A stretch of DNA of 32,000 nucleotides from Candidatus Saccharimonadota bacterium (GCA_963705375.1 OY970071.1:600001-632000), one strand, 5' to 3'. Counted from the first letter of the stretch, positions 9,197 through 17,310 are shown. Numbers and translations: made by a program. The notes: a model not told the origin generated them from the sequence alone.

Positions 9197-9981
9197 AAAT
9201 GGATAGCATAGATATGATAAGAGTCAATTATGTGAAGAGTCTGATCGCCAAGAACACGCGTGAAGACAGCCGTGGCTTTTACGACTTCAGGAAAATAAGC
9301 ATCAAGACCGGCACAATGGGAAACGCGGAGGGATCGGCGCAAGTTGATCTCGGCGCCACAAGAGTGATTGCAGGGGTCAAGATAAGCCTAGAGAAGCCAA
9401 TGGAAGACACACCAGACCAGGGCAACATGACTGTCGCTGCGGAGCTTCTGCCGCTCGCAAGTTCAAAATATGAGACAGGCCCTCCAAGCCCTGACGCGAT
9501 AGAGCTTTCGAGAGTTGTTGACAGGGGCATACGCGCCGGCAACTGCATAGACCTTAAGAGTCTGTTCATAGAGCCTGAAAAGGCATGGGGCGTCTACATA
9601 GATGCGTATGTGCTTAACTATGGAGGGAACCTGTTCGATGCGTGCGAGATTGCAGCCATGAGCGCGCTGCTCAACTCCAAGATGCCGATATACGAGGATA
9701 GCAAGGTAATACGCGAGAACCTTAAGCAAAAGCTCAAGATAGACAACATAGTCACATCCACCACTTTTGCAAAAGTAGACGGCATGATACTGCTGGACCC
9801 TTCTAGTGACGAAGAGACTGCATGTGATGCAAGACTCACAATAGCGACGGATGGAAGCAGCGTGAGGGCTATGCAGAAGGGCTTAGGAGGCAGCTTCAAG
9901 GTCAAGGAGGTGGAGGAGCTCGTCGACATATCATTTAATAAGCATGTAGAACTAAAATCTCTAATAGAGAGAAGAGAGTGA
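9193..9981 (+). CDS. rrp42: Exosome complex component Rrp42 (RNase PH-like, inactive subunit)
   Basis: REDSRGFYDFRKISIKTGTMGNAEGSAQVDLGATRVIAGVK, the ATGA overlap with rrp41, and GAGGT upstream. Confidence 0.9.
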   Translation: MKMDSIDMIRVNYVKSLIAKNTREDSRGFYDFRKISIKTGTMGNAEGSAQVDLGATRVIAGVKISLEKPMEDTPDQGNMTVAAELLPLASSKYETGPPSPDAIELSRVVDRGIRAGNCIDLKSLFIEPEKAWGVYIDAYVLNYGGNLFDACEIAAMSALLNSKMPIYEDSKVIRENLKQKLKIDNIVTSTTFAKVDGMILLDPSSDEETACDARLTIATDGSSVRAMQKGLGGSFKVKEVEELVDISFNKHVELKSLIERRE

Positions 9982-9988
9982 TTGTACG
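9978..9988 (+). promoter_or_regulatory. SD-like GTGAT + TGT spacer + ACG (putative rpl37ae initiation site), overlapping the rrp42 stop TGA 9979-9981
   Basis: Identical 12-mer to 7827-7838. Confidence 0.5.
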
Positions 9989-10222
9989 GCAAATGCTAGC
10001 ATAAGATACGGCACAATAATACGGAAGCGTTTCGCTCAGATAAAGAAGGATAAGCGCACGCTCTACAAATGCAACGCATGCGGGAAGAGCGCGGTGCGAA
10101 GGATAGGCACTTCTATATGGAGGTGCAAGCACTGCAGCACCACGTACGCAGGCGGCGCGTACACGATGAAGACCCCTGCGGGCGAGGCCGCGAAGAGGCT
10201 CATAGAGGGCATAAAGCAGTAG
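9986..10222 (+). CDS. rpl37ae: Ribosomal protein L37Ae (zinc ribbon), apparent non-canonical ACG start
   Basis: The frame is open from 9968 to 10222 and encodes TANASIRYGTIIRKRFAQIKKDKRTLYKCNACGKSAVRRIGTSIWRCKHCSTTYAGGAYTMKTPAGEAAKRLIEGIKQ, which has the CxxC...CxxC and RYG..IRK signatures of L37Ae. The first canonical in-frame start is a GTG after the first CxxC, which would truncate the zinc ribbon. The gene is absent from the ORF track. Confidence 0.75.
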   Translation, partial: TANASIRYGTIIRKRFAQIKKDKRTLYKCNACGKSAVRRIGTSIWRCKHCSTTYAGGAYTMKTPAGEAAKRLIEGIKQ

Positions 10223-10257
10223 TTGTTCCTGGAAATGAATTGTATTGAAGTGATCTA

Positions 10258-10389
10258 ATGGCATACGTATGCGCACACTGCGGCAAGCAGATAAAGCAGT
10301 TTGACAATTTCGTCAGATGCACGTACTGCGGATTTAGGATACTGGTGAAGAAGAGACCGAACATAGCGAAGGAAATATCGACAGATTGA
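10258..10389 (+). CDS. rpoP: DNA-directed RNA polymerase subunit P (Rpo12), 43 aa
   Basis: MAYVCAHCGKQIKQFDNFVRCTYCGFRILVKKRPNIAKEISTD has the CxxC...CxxC zinc ribbon followed by RILxKxR. GTGAT 10250-10254 plus 3 nt precedes the ATG. The gene is below the ORF-track size cutoff. Confidence 0.85.
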   Translation: MAYVCAHCGKQIKQFDNFVRCTYCGFRILVKKRPNIAKEISTD

Positions 10390-10421
10390 TTATACGCGAT
10401 AAAAAGAAGAGGCAGGTGAAT

Positions 10422-10841
10422 ATGAAAGTTCTTTTCGTTTGCGGGGACAACATGGGAAGGAGCCAGGCAGCAGAAGCTCTGTTCAATCTGCATGCAAAGA
10501 CAAGCAAGGCAGAGAGCTGCGCTGGAAAGCTCGAGATCAAAGAGAACACCACACTTTCCGACATCAAGAATAACAAAAAAGTCGAGGATGTTGTCAAGAT
10601 ACTGAAGAAAGACTATAACATAGACATAAGCAAGAAGATGGCCAAGCCATTCAGCATGGATATGACGAATAACGCAGACATTATAATTTCGATGTGCTCT
10701 GAAGGCGAGTGCCTCAACATACCAAAAGCAGAGCACTGGGATGTTCCTTACCTTCCCCCACTAGATTTCAAGGGTAAAGAGGAGGCAATCAAGGCCCTCG
10801 ACGAAAAGATCAAGGATTTGTTAAAGAGGATAGGAGACTAA
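10422..10841 (+). CDS. Low-molecular-weight phosphotyrosine phosphatase / ArsC-like protein, paralog 1
   Basis: MKVLFVCGDNMGRSQAAE contains the CX5R(S) P-loop. GGTGA lies upstream of ATG 10422. The ORF-track TTG 10386 is probably too early. Confidence 0.8.
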   Translation: MKVLFVCGDNMGRSQAAEALFNLHAKTSKAESCAGKLEIKENTTLSDIKNNKKVEDVVKILKKDYNIDISKKMAKPFSMDMTNNADIIISMCSEGECLNIPKAEHWDVPYLPPLDFKGKEEAIKALDEKIKDLLKRIGD

Positions 10842-10894
10842 GCTCTTGCAGAAACCGACCGTTTCAAAAGCCTTAGAGGCCAAGAAAGGATATA

Positions 10895-11311
10895 ATGAGG
10901 GTTCTTTTTGTTTGCGGCGATAATTTAGGTAGAAGCCAGGTTGCCGAGGCGCTGTTTAACCTGCACGCGAAAAGAAGCAAGGCAGAGAGCTGCGCTGGCA
11001 AACCTGAAGTCAAAGAAAGAAGATTGCTTGTGGATGTAAGGCACAAGTCTGTAGAAGAGTGCCTGGAGATAATGAAAAAAGATTATGGCATAGACATAAG
11101 CAGGAAAGTCTCAAAGCCTTTCAGCGCTGAAATGGTAAATGATGCAGACCGTGTAGTAATTCTCTGCTCTGGTTCGGAATGCCCAGACGTACCAGGCGCA
11201 GAGCATTGGGACATACCAAAGCTGTCGCCTCTTGACTTACATGGAAAACAAGAGGTTATCAAGACCATTGGCACTAAGGTCAATGAGCTACTGAACAGAA
11301 TCGGGGACTGA
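10895..11311 (+). CDS. Low-molecular-weight phosphotyrosine phosphatase / ArsC-like protein, paralog 2
   Basis: MRVLFVCGDNLGRSQVAE contains the CX5R(S) loop. The protein is collinear with the upstream paralog over its whole length. Confidence 0.8.
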   Translation: MRVLFVCGDNLGRSQVAEALFNLHAKRSKAESCAGKPEVKERRLLVDVRHKSVEECLEIMKKDYGIDISRKVSKPFSAEMVNDADRVVILCSGSECPDVPGAEHWDIPKLSPLDLHGKQEVIKTIGTKVNELLNRIGD

Positions 11312-11323
11312 ACTGATCCGCAG

Positions 11324-11572
11324 CTATTTGGATGATCCGCTGCCCACGATTATGGTTTCTGAGACGCTCTTCACGCGCTCATAGAGCACGCTGTTGTTCG
11401 CAAGCAGCTTCGCCGTGTTCTGGCTCCTCATGAGGTCGTCTATCTTTGTCAGGAGCAGGCTTGAGACTGCGCCGTTCTCGAAATTAAGTATGATGTCTTC
11501 GACATAGCCTATCTTCTTTCCCGTGTTGCTTATTATCTGCTTGCCGTATAGTTCCGACAATAGGATGGTCAT
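11324..11572 (-). CDS. PRC-barrel domain protein, 82 aa
   Basis: LYGKQIISNTGKKIGYVEDIILNFENGAVSSLLL fits the PRC-barrel pattern. Confidence 0.65.
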   Translation of the reverse strand: MTILLSELYGKQIISNTGKKIGYVEDIILNFENGAVSSLLLTKIDDLMRSQNTAKLLANNSVLYERVKSVSETIIVGSGSSK

Positions 11573-11576
11573 CGTT

Positions 11577-12179
11577 TCACCTGATTCGCTCTATATGTTT
11601 CATAGCATAGATTCTTATTATATTCTCCTTGAGTTCGTGTATGAAGGATTGCCGATCCTCTTGGAGCTTTTGCACGAACTCCTGCCTATCTTTTTCGATG
11701 GCTTCGTGCTCCTCTGGAGAAATGCCGTGCGCGCTGCCCAGCACCGATTCGAGATGCTGCAAGTATTGAGACACTGTAAACTCGAGATATTCTTCAGTTA
11801 TATGGTAGCTTTGCTTGTTGCATGCCGTGCAGCAGTATATCGGCATGACGGGAAGGCTCCTGCTTGATGATATAGAATCTGCAGACCTTACAAGGCGGAC
11901 CGCGCCGCAGCTAGGGCATGGTTTGTTCAGTTTCACCTCTTCGTAAGCCTTCTCCAGCACACTGGACGATGCAGCACCTAGTGTAAGCCCTATGCACTGC
12001 TCTGATGTCGTGTTTTTGAGCAGTTGCTGCGTCAGTACTGCGCCTTCGCAATCGAAAGTGGTTTCAAGAGTTCCGCCGACCTTATCCTCCCAAAGCATGA
12101 AAGTCTTCCTGCCTCGATTGCCGCATTCTAGCAGCACCTTGCCAGCGCTCCTTGCAATGAAAGCCTCACCGTCTGTCAT
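11577..12179 (-). CDS. Hypothetical protein with a CxxC...CxxC zinc-ribbon, 200 aa
   Basis: Contains CPSCG...CCTACNK. The start ATG abuts the histone stop (TGAATG), so it is likely co-transcribed. Confidence 0.55.
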   Translation of the reverse strand: MTDGEAFIARSAGKVLLECGNRGRKTFMLWEDKVGGTLETTFDCEGAVLTQQLLKNTTSEQCIGLTLGAASSSVLEKAYEEVKLNKPCPSCGAVRLVRSADSISSSRSLPVMPIYCCTACNKQSYHITEEYLEFTVSQYLQHLESVLGSAHGISPEEHEAIEKDRQEFVQKLQEDRQSFIHELKENIIRIYAMKHIERIR

Positions 12180-12383
12180 TCAATCGCCAAATTTTATTCC
12201 ATAGGTGTCGATGTCGTCTTCGAGGACAGACTTCCTGCCGCTGGCTTTCGCCCTGTTCACGGCATAGCGTGCTATCTTCTTCGCCTTCTTCTCCAGCATG
12301 CGCGCTAGCGCGTCAGCGGCAGCATCGCTTATCGATATGCCGTTCCTGTTCACCATCCTCTTTATCGTCTGTTTTGATATCAT
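12180..12383 (-). CDS. Archaeal histone (histone-fold, HMf-like), 67 aa from ATG 12383 (ORF-track GTG 12407 is the alternative)
   Basis: ISKQTIKRMVNRNGISISDAAADALARMLEKKAKKIARYAVNRAKASGRKSVLEDDID matches the histone-fold layout, including the RKT/S-hydrophobic-x-x-x-D motif near the C-terminus. Confidence 0.75.
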   Translation of the reverse strand: MISKQTIKRMVNRNGISISDAAADALARMLEKKAKKIARYAVNRAKASGRKSVLEDDIDTYGIKFGD

Positions 12384-12537
12384 TTCAGCACTCAAGATCT
12401 TCGTCACAGCGTGAGCTCAGCTACAGTGCGATATTCATCATTGTAATTGGATTGGTTACAACCAATAAATAGTTTACTGTGCTGCGCATTCCGCATAGGT
12501 ATTTATATTTTAAGACGCGGAATTGTTCGGTGTTTTT

Positions 12538-12858
12538 GTGGGGATAACAAATGTAACCGACGCGAACTTTGAAGCTGAAGTTCTGAAATCCAAGATACCT
12601 GTGGTGGTCGACGTATGGGCACCGTGGTGTGGGCCGTGCAGGGCGTACGGGCCGATAGTGGAGGAGGTCGAAAAAGAGTATGCTGGAAAGGTCAAGTTTG
12701 TGAAGCTTGATGCTGATGAGAACGACAAAACCACGCAGAAATACGAGATAATGAGCATACCGACAACGATGCTGGTAGAGAAAGGTCAGATAAAGGCGGT
12801 GAACGTAGGGGCCATGCAGAAAGAGGCCCTCAAGAAATGGCTGCAGAGCAACCTATAG
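12538..12858 (+). CDS. trxA: Thioredoxin
   Basis: WAPWCGPCRAYGP active site. The TATA-like tatttatatttta at ~12500-12512 favours GTG 12538 over TTG 12523. Confidence 0.9.
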   Translation: MGITNVTDANFEAEVLKSKIPVVVDVWAPWCGPCRAYGPIVEEVEKEYAGKVKFVKLDADENDKTTQKYEIMSIPTTMLVEKGQIKAVNVGAMQKEALKKWLQSNL

Positions 12859-12875
12859 ACAAGCGGCGAGAGTGT

Positions 12876-13253
12876 ATGGAAATGCAACGAGAGAATTTTG
12901 ATAAAAAAGAAGAAAAAAACAAAGAACAGAACGGCACGCAGGACACGTGCATGAGCATAGCAGGAATAGATTTTGTCCGTGAAGGGCGTGACGCTGACAT
13001 CTATTGGATATCAAAAGAGATCCTAACCAAAAAGGACATTGAGGCGCTGGCGAAGGGGATATTGAAGACAGAATTTTGTATTGCTAACTATGCCGAAGAT
13101 GGGCGCGCGGTCCTAGTTGGAAAGAGCATTGAGGGGGACACACAACATCCAGATGGAGAAGTGCAGACCGGTAACAATTACAGGCACTACTTGCGATCGG
13201 TCACGAACATCTGCTTCACACATGGTTTATACACGGATGAAGACGAAGATTGA
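12876..13253 (+). CDS. Hypothetical protein (P1) whose domain is paralogous to the N-terminus of 15404-16069
   Basis: IAGIDFVREGRDADIYWISKEILTKKDIEALAKGILKTEFCIANY aligns with IAGFDFVMVRTGTGVCRVSDRALTRSDLENLSSSIANTDLHVANY. The start is uncertain: 12837, 12876 or 12949. Confidence 0.5.
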   Translation: MEMQRENFDKKEEKNKEQNGTQDTCMSIAGIDFVREGRDADIYWISKEILTKKDIEALAKGILKTEFCIANYAEDGRAVLVGKSIEGDTQHPDGEVQTGNNYRHYLRSVTNICFTHGLYTDEDED

Positions 13254-13291
13254 CACGCCGGCGTTCGAACCGCTTGCAGTACTGAATGTGA
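13249..13291 (+). pseudogene. Orphan 43-nt fragment of a hisS allele (codons 40-54 equivalent)
   Basis: 37/43 nt are identical to hisS 18176-18218. It reads IDTPAFEPLAVLN in one frame. All five differences within the 13 shared codons are at synonymous third positions. There is no HisRS similarity on either side. Confidence 0.7.
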
Positions 13292-13296
13292 GGATA

Positions 13297-14286
13297 TCAG
13301 GAGGGCTCGTGAAATTCCAACTTGGTAACTTGGGAGTCCATACAATTGAGTTCGAGAAAGAACTTTCTTGCCTCTTGATACAAGGTAGCAGCAATTCTTC
13401 CATCATCAATAGCTGGTGTCAGCACCAAAGGAAGCATCTTTTGCATTGAGTCTAATGCCTGCCCTGCCAGATTGTTTAGTTCGGAATCTACAGATGGAAT
13501 TTCTAACGCTCTTTCTGGCTCTAACGTATACATTCTAAGGGCATAATCGCGTGCAATAATATTAGTCACATGGTGAAGCGTAGCATCCTCATCATTTCCC
13601 ATAGACGCCTCAATTGCATCTATAGAAGAGGGATGATTTTCACTTCCCATCAGTCTAAACTGACTAGACACGAAGGACATTATACCATCTATCGGTCTTT
13701 CGGCCCCGGCGATGCTTTCGTTTAACTTTTGAACAAACGAGTCGTTTGAATTCAGGAGCCTTGCCTTTAAGGTGAGCATAGGTTCAGAATTCGAAAGCAA
13801 AGGAATGGAAGCAAGTAAGGCAGCTTCAAGCAACATAGTTGATCTATCGTTTGAATTTGAATGGGCCATAATATTTAGACATGTATTAACACGGCCACTA
13901 AATGTGTCAATAATACTCTCTATGAATTCCTGTCGTGGATTTTCAAGCGGACGCGCGTTACGGATAGTATCATTTATCTCATTTACAGGCTTGGCAAAAT
14001 TTATTAACAAATTGTTGCCGTTGTTAAGTGTAGCTTCGCTGATTCGAGGAACAACATAAAGCGAACCCTTAGCAGCGTGATTAACCCTCCCTATAATCTT
14101 AGCAAGCACAGGATCGCTTTGCTTTTCTGCATTAGCAAGCGTCAGGTTTTCAGATCGTGAGTTCTTTATGTCATTTACTACATGTGCTACTCCCTCCGCA
14201 AAAGGCTTCACATAATCCTTTGAGCTAGCAACTTGGCCAATGGCTTGGAACGGTTGAGACACTATCTTTTGAGCATCCAGAGGCAC
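13297..14286 (-). CDS. Hypothetical protein, 329 aa (ORFan)
   Basis: Complete ORF. GTG 14286 is preceded by GGTGAT + cat on the minus strand, and a TATA-like ttatatttatat lies ~30 nt upstream. Confidence 0.6.
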   Translation of the reverse strand: MPLDAQKIVSQPFQAIGQVASSKDYVKPFAEGVAHVVNDIKNSRSENLTLANAEKQSDPVLAKIIGRVNHAAKGSLYVVPRISEATLNNGNNLLINFAKPVNEINDTIRNARPLENPRQEFIESIIDTFSGRVNTCLNIMAHSNSNDRSTMLLEAALLASIPLLSNSEPMLTLKARLLNSNDSFVQKLNESIAGAERPIDGIMSFVSSQFRLMGSENHPSSIDAIEASMGNDEDATLHHVTNIIARDYALRMYTLEPERALEIPSVDSELNNLAGQALDSMQKMLPLVLTPAIDDGRIAATLYQEARKFFLELNCMDSQVTKLEFHEPS

Positions 14287-14363
14287 ATGATCACCATAAC
14301 TCTGCTTTACGCATATAAATATAACTTTTGCTTCTGAGTGCCATACTGTGGGACCTCAGAAGA

Positions 14364-15095
14364 TCACAGAACATCTTTTGTCCCCTGCACCTGCAGTTCG
14401 GCCAATTGAAGCGTAAGGGCTTTGATTTTTCCTTCAACGTCACGCTTTGTTTCGCCATCATCCATAATCTTCACAATTTCCTCGTACGTTTTTATTTCAT
14501 CGGCCATCAACATGGAGGCGTTTTCGGGAAACTTATTTCTTTCCTCTGCAAGCCTATTGACAGTCGCAAATAGGTCTTTAATTGTCTGCACGTTAAGTAT
14601 GTGACGCTCCCATTCTTCTAAGCCCGCAATAGTATCCAGAATTGGTGCGTTGTCAGATCCGCAATGCTCTGCTAAACTCTTCCATAGATCTTTAGCAGCA
14701 GTGACGAAGCGTATATCATAAGGGTGCATGTTTGCAGCAGATAATGCTTTCCAAGCTGAATGTTCCGTAGACTCGTATTCTGAAAGAGCATTCAGCTGTA
14801 CCATAACGTCGTCAACTGCATCTTCTACGACCGAAGGCGTACGTAGCAGTTTAGAAGTATCTGTAGAATTTTCATCAACCGATCCGGCAGAATTGGCAAT
14901 CTCCAGTTCATTCTGAGATAATAGGTCCCGTCTAATATCGACAAGGTGTGGCACAGGACCTTGAGCGTTTCCAGGGCCGGGAAGATTTTCAACATTCAGC
15001 CTATCAAGGGTACTTTCGTCTCGAGATGCACGATCTTCTGCACCTCTTTTCTCCTTATCAACGGGCATATGCTCAGGCAGTAGTATATACGGCAT
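14364..15095 (-). CDS. Hypothetical acidic protein, 243 aa (ORFan); the start may be ATG 15068
   Basis: Complete ORF. A minus-strand ATAAATAT box at ~15101-15108 sits too close to ATG 15095 and fits a leaderless start at 15068 better. Confidence 0.55.
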   Translation of the reverse strand: MPYILLPEHMPVDKEKRGAEDRASRDESTLDRLNVENLPGPGNAQGPVPHLVDIRRDLLSQNELEIANSAGSVDENSTDTSKLLRTPSVVEDAVDDVMVQLNALSEYESTEHSAWKALSAANMHPYDIRFVTAAKDLWKSLAEHCGSDNAPILDTIAGLEEWERHILNVQTIKDLFATVNRLAEERNKFPENASMLMADEIKTYEEIVKIMDDGETKRDVEGKIKALTLQLAELQVQGTKDVL

Positions 15096-15403
15096 AGGAG
15101 ATATTTATGGGTATGGCAATTTTGGGTCATTGAATTGGTATATAAACCTTTGCATTATGGGGTTGTAGATCTAGAGTTCTGACTGGCATAGAATCTATTC
15201 TTTCGCGAGGGAGGATATGATGGATCCATTTTGCCTGTTTTCTCGCCATCGATCTGACTGTTCCCAGATTAAGTGTTCGCACGACCACTTTATCGCTAAG
15301 GGCACTTATCCGCTTTGACTATAGGAACTTATTTTGAGATAAGACAGCTAGGAGTTATAGAGGAAAGTCATAAGTATTTAAAAAATAAACCGATTGTGAT
15401 TAA

Positions 15404-16069
15404 ATGGAGAGCACGACAGTACAAAGGAATATTCAGAAGATCGCAGGTTTTGATTTTGTAATGGTCAGAACAGGTACAGGCGTGTGCCGGGTATCAGATA
15501 GGGCATTGACCAGAAGTGATTTGGAGAACCTGTCGAGTTCGATAGCGAACACTGACTTGCATGTTGCTAATTATAAGGAAGTGGCAATAATGTACCGCTC
15601 AAGCCTCCGTGCAGGGCAAGTTTCTTCGTTTGAACACGCGTTTGAAGAAGGCGTTGCGACTTGTGACATAGGGTTCGAGATGGACGAAGCAGGGCCGTAT
15701 AAGATCCTTGACCATGACATCAAGACACTGTTGGAAGAACAACAAAGATGGTTCAACCTAACAATTAGGGACGTAGACGACATAGTAAAAAACAAACTAT
15801 TCGGCGAAGCAGAGTCAGACAGGGTTCTGCTGCATTCTGGAAAAGGCCATGTGACCCTTAGAACGATGAGCATTGGCGGCAATGCTTATCTCGAAATTTC
15901 TGCAGGATCCATTTTCAAAGGGGATGATAGAGGTCACGTTATTTTGCTTGGAAATACAGAAGAAGCAGCAGCACGGCAAGGCAACAAGGAGATGCCAACG
16001 AACAACTATGAAGACCTTATGAGGAGAGACCCTGACACCTTCATAGGCAACCACAAATATTGCAGATAA
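15404..16069 (+). CDS. Hypothetical protein (P2), 221 aa, N-terminal domain paralogous to P1
   Basis: Complete ORF with a TATTTAAAAAATAAA box at 15375-15389. See the alignment with P1. Confidence 0.6.
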   Translation: MESTTVQRNIQKIAGFDFVMVRTGTGVCRVSDRALTRSDLENLSSSIANTDLHVANYKEVAIMYRSSLRAGQVSSFEHAFEEGVATCDIGFEMDEAGPYKILDHDIKTLLEEQQRWFNLTIRDVDDIVKNKLFGEAESDRVLLHSGKGHVTLRTMSIGGNAYLEISAGSIFKGDDRGHVILLGNTEEAAARQGNKEMPTNNYEDLMRRDPDTFIGNHKYCR

Positions 16070-16082
16070 ATACAGTGGGCAG

Positions 16083-16457
16083 GTGTGCCTGCCCAAAAGT
16101 CATATATATCTCCTGCGCAGTAAATATCATACAAGGCAAAGTGAGAGTGATGACGGACCAACACGAAGTGTGCAATCATATGCACATATTGATGGCTGCT
16201 GTGCCTTGCAACTAAGGCCAATCATAGCAAGAGCTCTCAACAAAAACCAGATTCTGATTCTTAATGCAGTCAACTCTAACACAGAATACCGAATATACAG
16301 CACAACCGCTCTTCTGAACAAACTAAGCTCGGAGCGAGGTGTGCCGACTTCTACACTAAGACTAAACACGAGCATACTCGAAGAGTTGGGCCTGATAGAG
16401 AAGAAGTCGGCCATGCTTACTGAGATTGGAAGACTGATACTTTCGATTATGATGTGA
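16083..16457 (+). CDS. Winged-helix (MarR/ArsR-like) DNA-binding protein; start uncertain
   Basis: The C-terminal ~75 aa, ILILNAVNSNTEYRIYSTTALLNKLSSERGVPTSTLRLNTSILEELGLIEKKSAMLTEIGRLIL, fit a wHTH pattern. The N-terminal part from GTG 16083 looks non-globular, so a later TTG or GTG start is possible. Confidence 0.55.
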   Translation: MCLPKSHIYLLRSKYHTRQSESDDGPTRSVQSYAHIDGCCALQLRPIIARALNKNQILILNAVNSNTEYRIYSTTALLNKLSSERGVPTSTLRLNTSILEELGLIEKKSAMLTEIGRLILSIMM

Positions 16458-16461
16458 TAGA

Positions 16462-17310
16462 ATGACAAAAACATATTTGGTTACGAAAGATCTGGTAGAA
16501 ACGCTGAGAAACAAGTACGTGCTGGAAATACCAGACACTCTAGCCATTCAAGTCAGAGGCATAGAGAATGAGTTCCTAAAGAAGTTCTGGGAAACCATCG
16601 ATTTGCCGGAAAGTGTGGAGAAGAAAACAGTTGATGCACAAGAACTTGCGCGTATGCTTTCTGAAAAGCTCACTGGGCTGCTAAGATGTGAATCCAAATG
16701 CAACGACTACTACATAAGCATGGACAGGATATACCTTCCAGAAGCCCCTGCGTTCTTGGAAGTAACAAGGATCACAAACCGAGAAACTGGAAAGTATGAG
16801 ATAGGGCCGCGCGCAGGCTGCGGCCCGCTTAATGCCCAAATAGCAAGCATGGGATTAGACCGCGGAAGCAAGATCACACTGGCAGACGTTGGTGCGTTCA
16901 GTGGAGGCACGCTGAACAAAATCTGCTTCATGTTCGAACAGCAAGGCATAACAATTTCCAACATATGTTTAGGCGTCGCAAATTCTGCAATTGCCACGAT
17001 AGAAGACTCTGGCATAAAAGACACGCTTACTGTGGCGCTTTGGTTTGATTTTTACGAATGGATAGAACTAAGGAAGCTATTGATTGACGGGAGGCTTGTA
17101 GGTGTTAGAAATGATGGCATACGGGAGTACATACCCTACTATTTGGGAGACCTGGAGGATTGGGCCAGCATACCTGCAGACAAAGTGGAAGAAACGGCAG
17201 AGCTATGCAAGACATATAGTGAACGGCTCATTTGCCTCCTTAGAGAGTATGGGACATCTGAACGCGAAATAAAAGAAAGAATAGGCGTTCCTGTCAAAAT
17301 GACAGGTTAG
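16462..17310 (+). CDS. Hypothetical protein with a possible type-I phosphoribosyltransferase-like PRPP loop, 282 aa
   Basis: GTGAT 16454-16458 plus 3 nt precedes the ATG. The motif SKITLADVGAFSGGTLNKI resembles the hydrophobic-strand-D-x-x-x-x-(T/S)G-G-T PRPP-binding loop. The fold assignment is inference only. Confidence 0.6.
   Translation: MTKTYLVTKDLVETLRNKYVLEIPDTLAIQVRGIENEFLKKFWETIDLPESVEKKTVDAQELARMLSEKLTGLLRCESKCNDYYISMDRIYLPEAPAFLEVTRITNRETGKYEIGPRAGCGPLNAQIASMGLDRGSKITLADVGAFSGGTLNKICFMFEQQGITISNICLGVANSAIATIEDSGIKDTLTVALWFDFYEWIELRKLLIDGRLVGVRNDGIREYIPYYLGDLEDWASIPADKVEETAELCKTYSERLICLLREYGTSEREIKERIGVPVKMTG

Noticed and set aside
10384-10397. GATTGATTATACG after the rpoP stop resembles the GTGATTGTACG junction motif.
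   Set aside because: It has TTGAT rather than GTGAT, and ACG here is followed by CGA TAA (a stop after two codons). The downstream LMW-PTP gene has its own GGTGA plus ATG at 10422 in a different frame. Probably coincidental.
10200-10736. Minus-strand ORF of 178 aa.
   Set aside because: Antisense to rpoP and the first LMW-PTP paralog.
12444-12468. TTGGTTACAACCAA near-palindrome between the histone and thioredoxin genes.
   Set aside because: A single 6-2-6 inverted repeat in an AT-rich promoter region. Plausibly a transcription-factor site, but unsupported.
13130-13248. Looked for the displaced hisS 5' end (codons 1-39) immediately left of the 43-nt fragment.
   Set aside because: Only short chance matches (aggcacta, ctgctt) at inconsistent offsets. 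The in-frame upstream translation is not HisRS-like. The simple 'element supplies a new 5' end' model is therefore incomplete.
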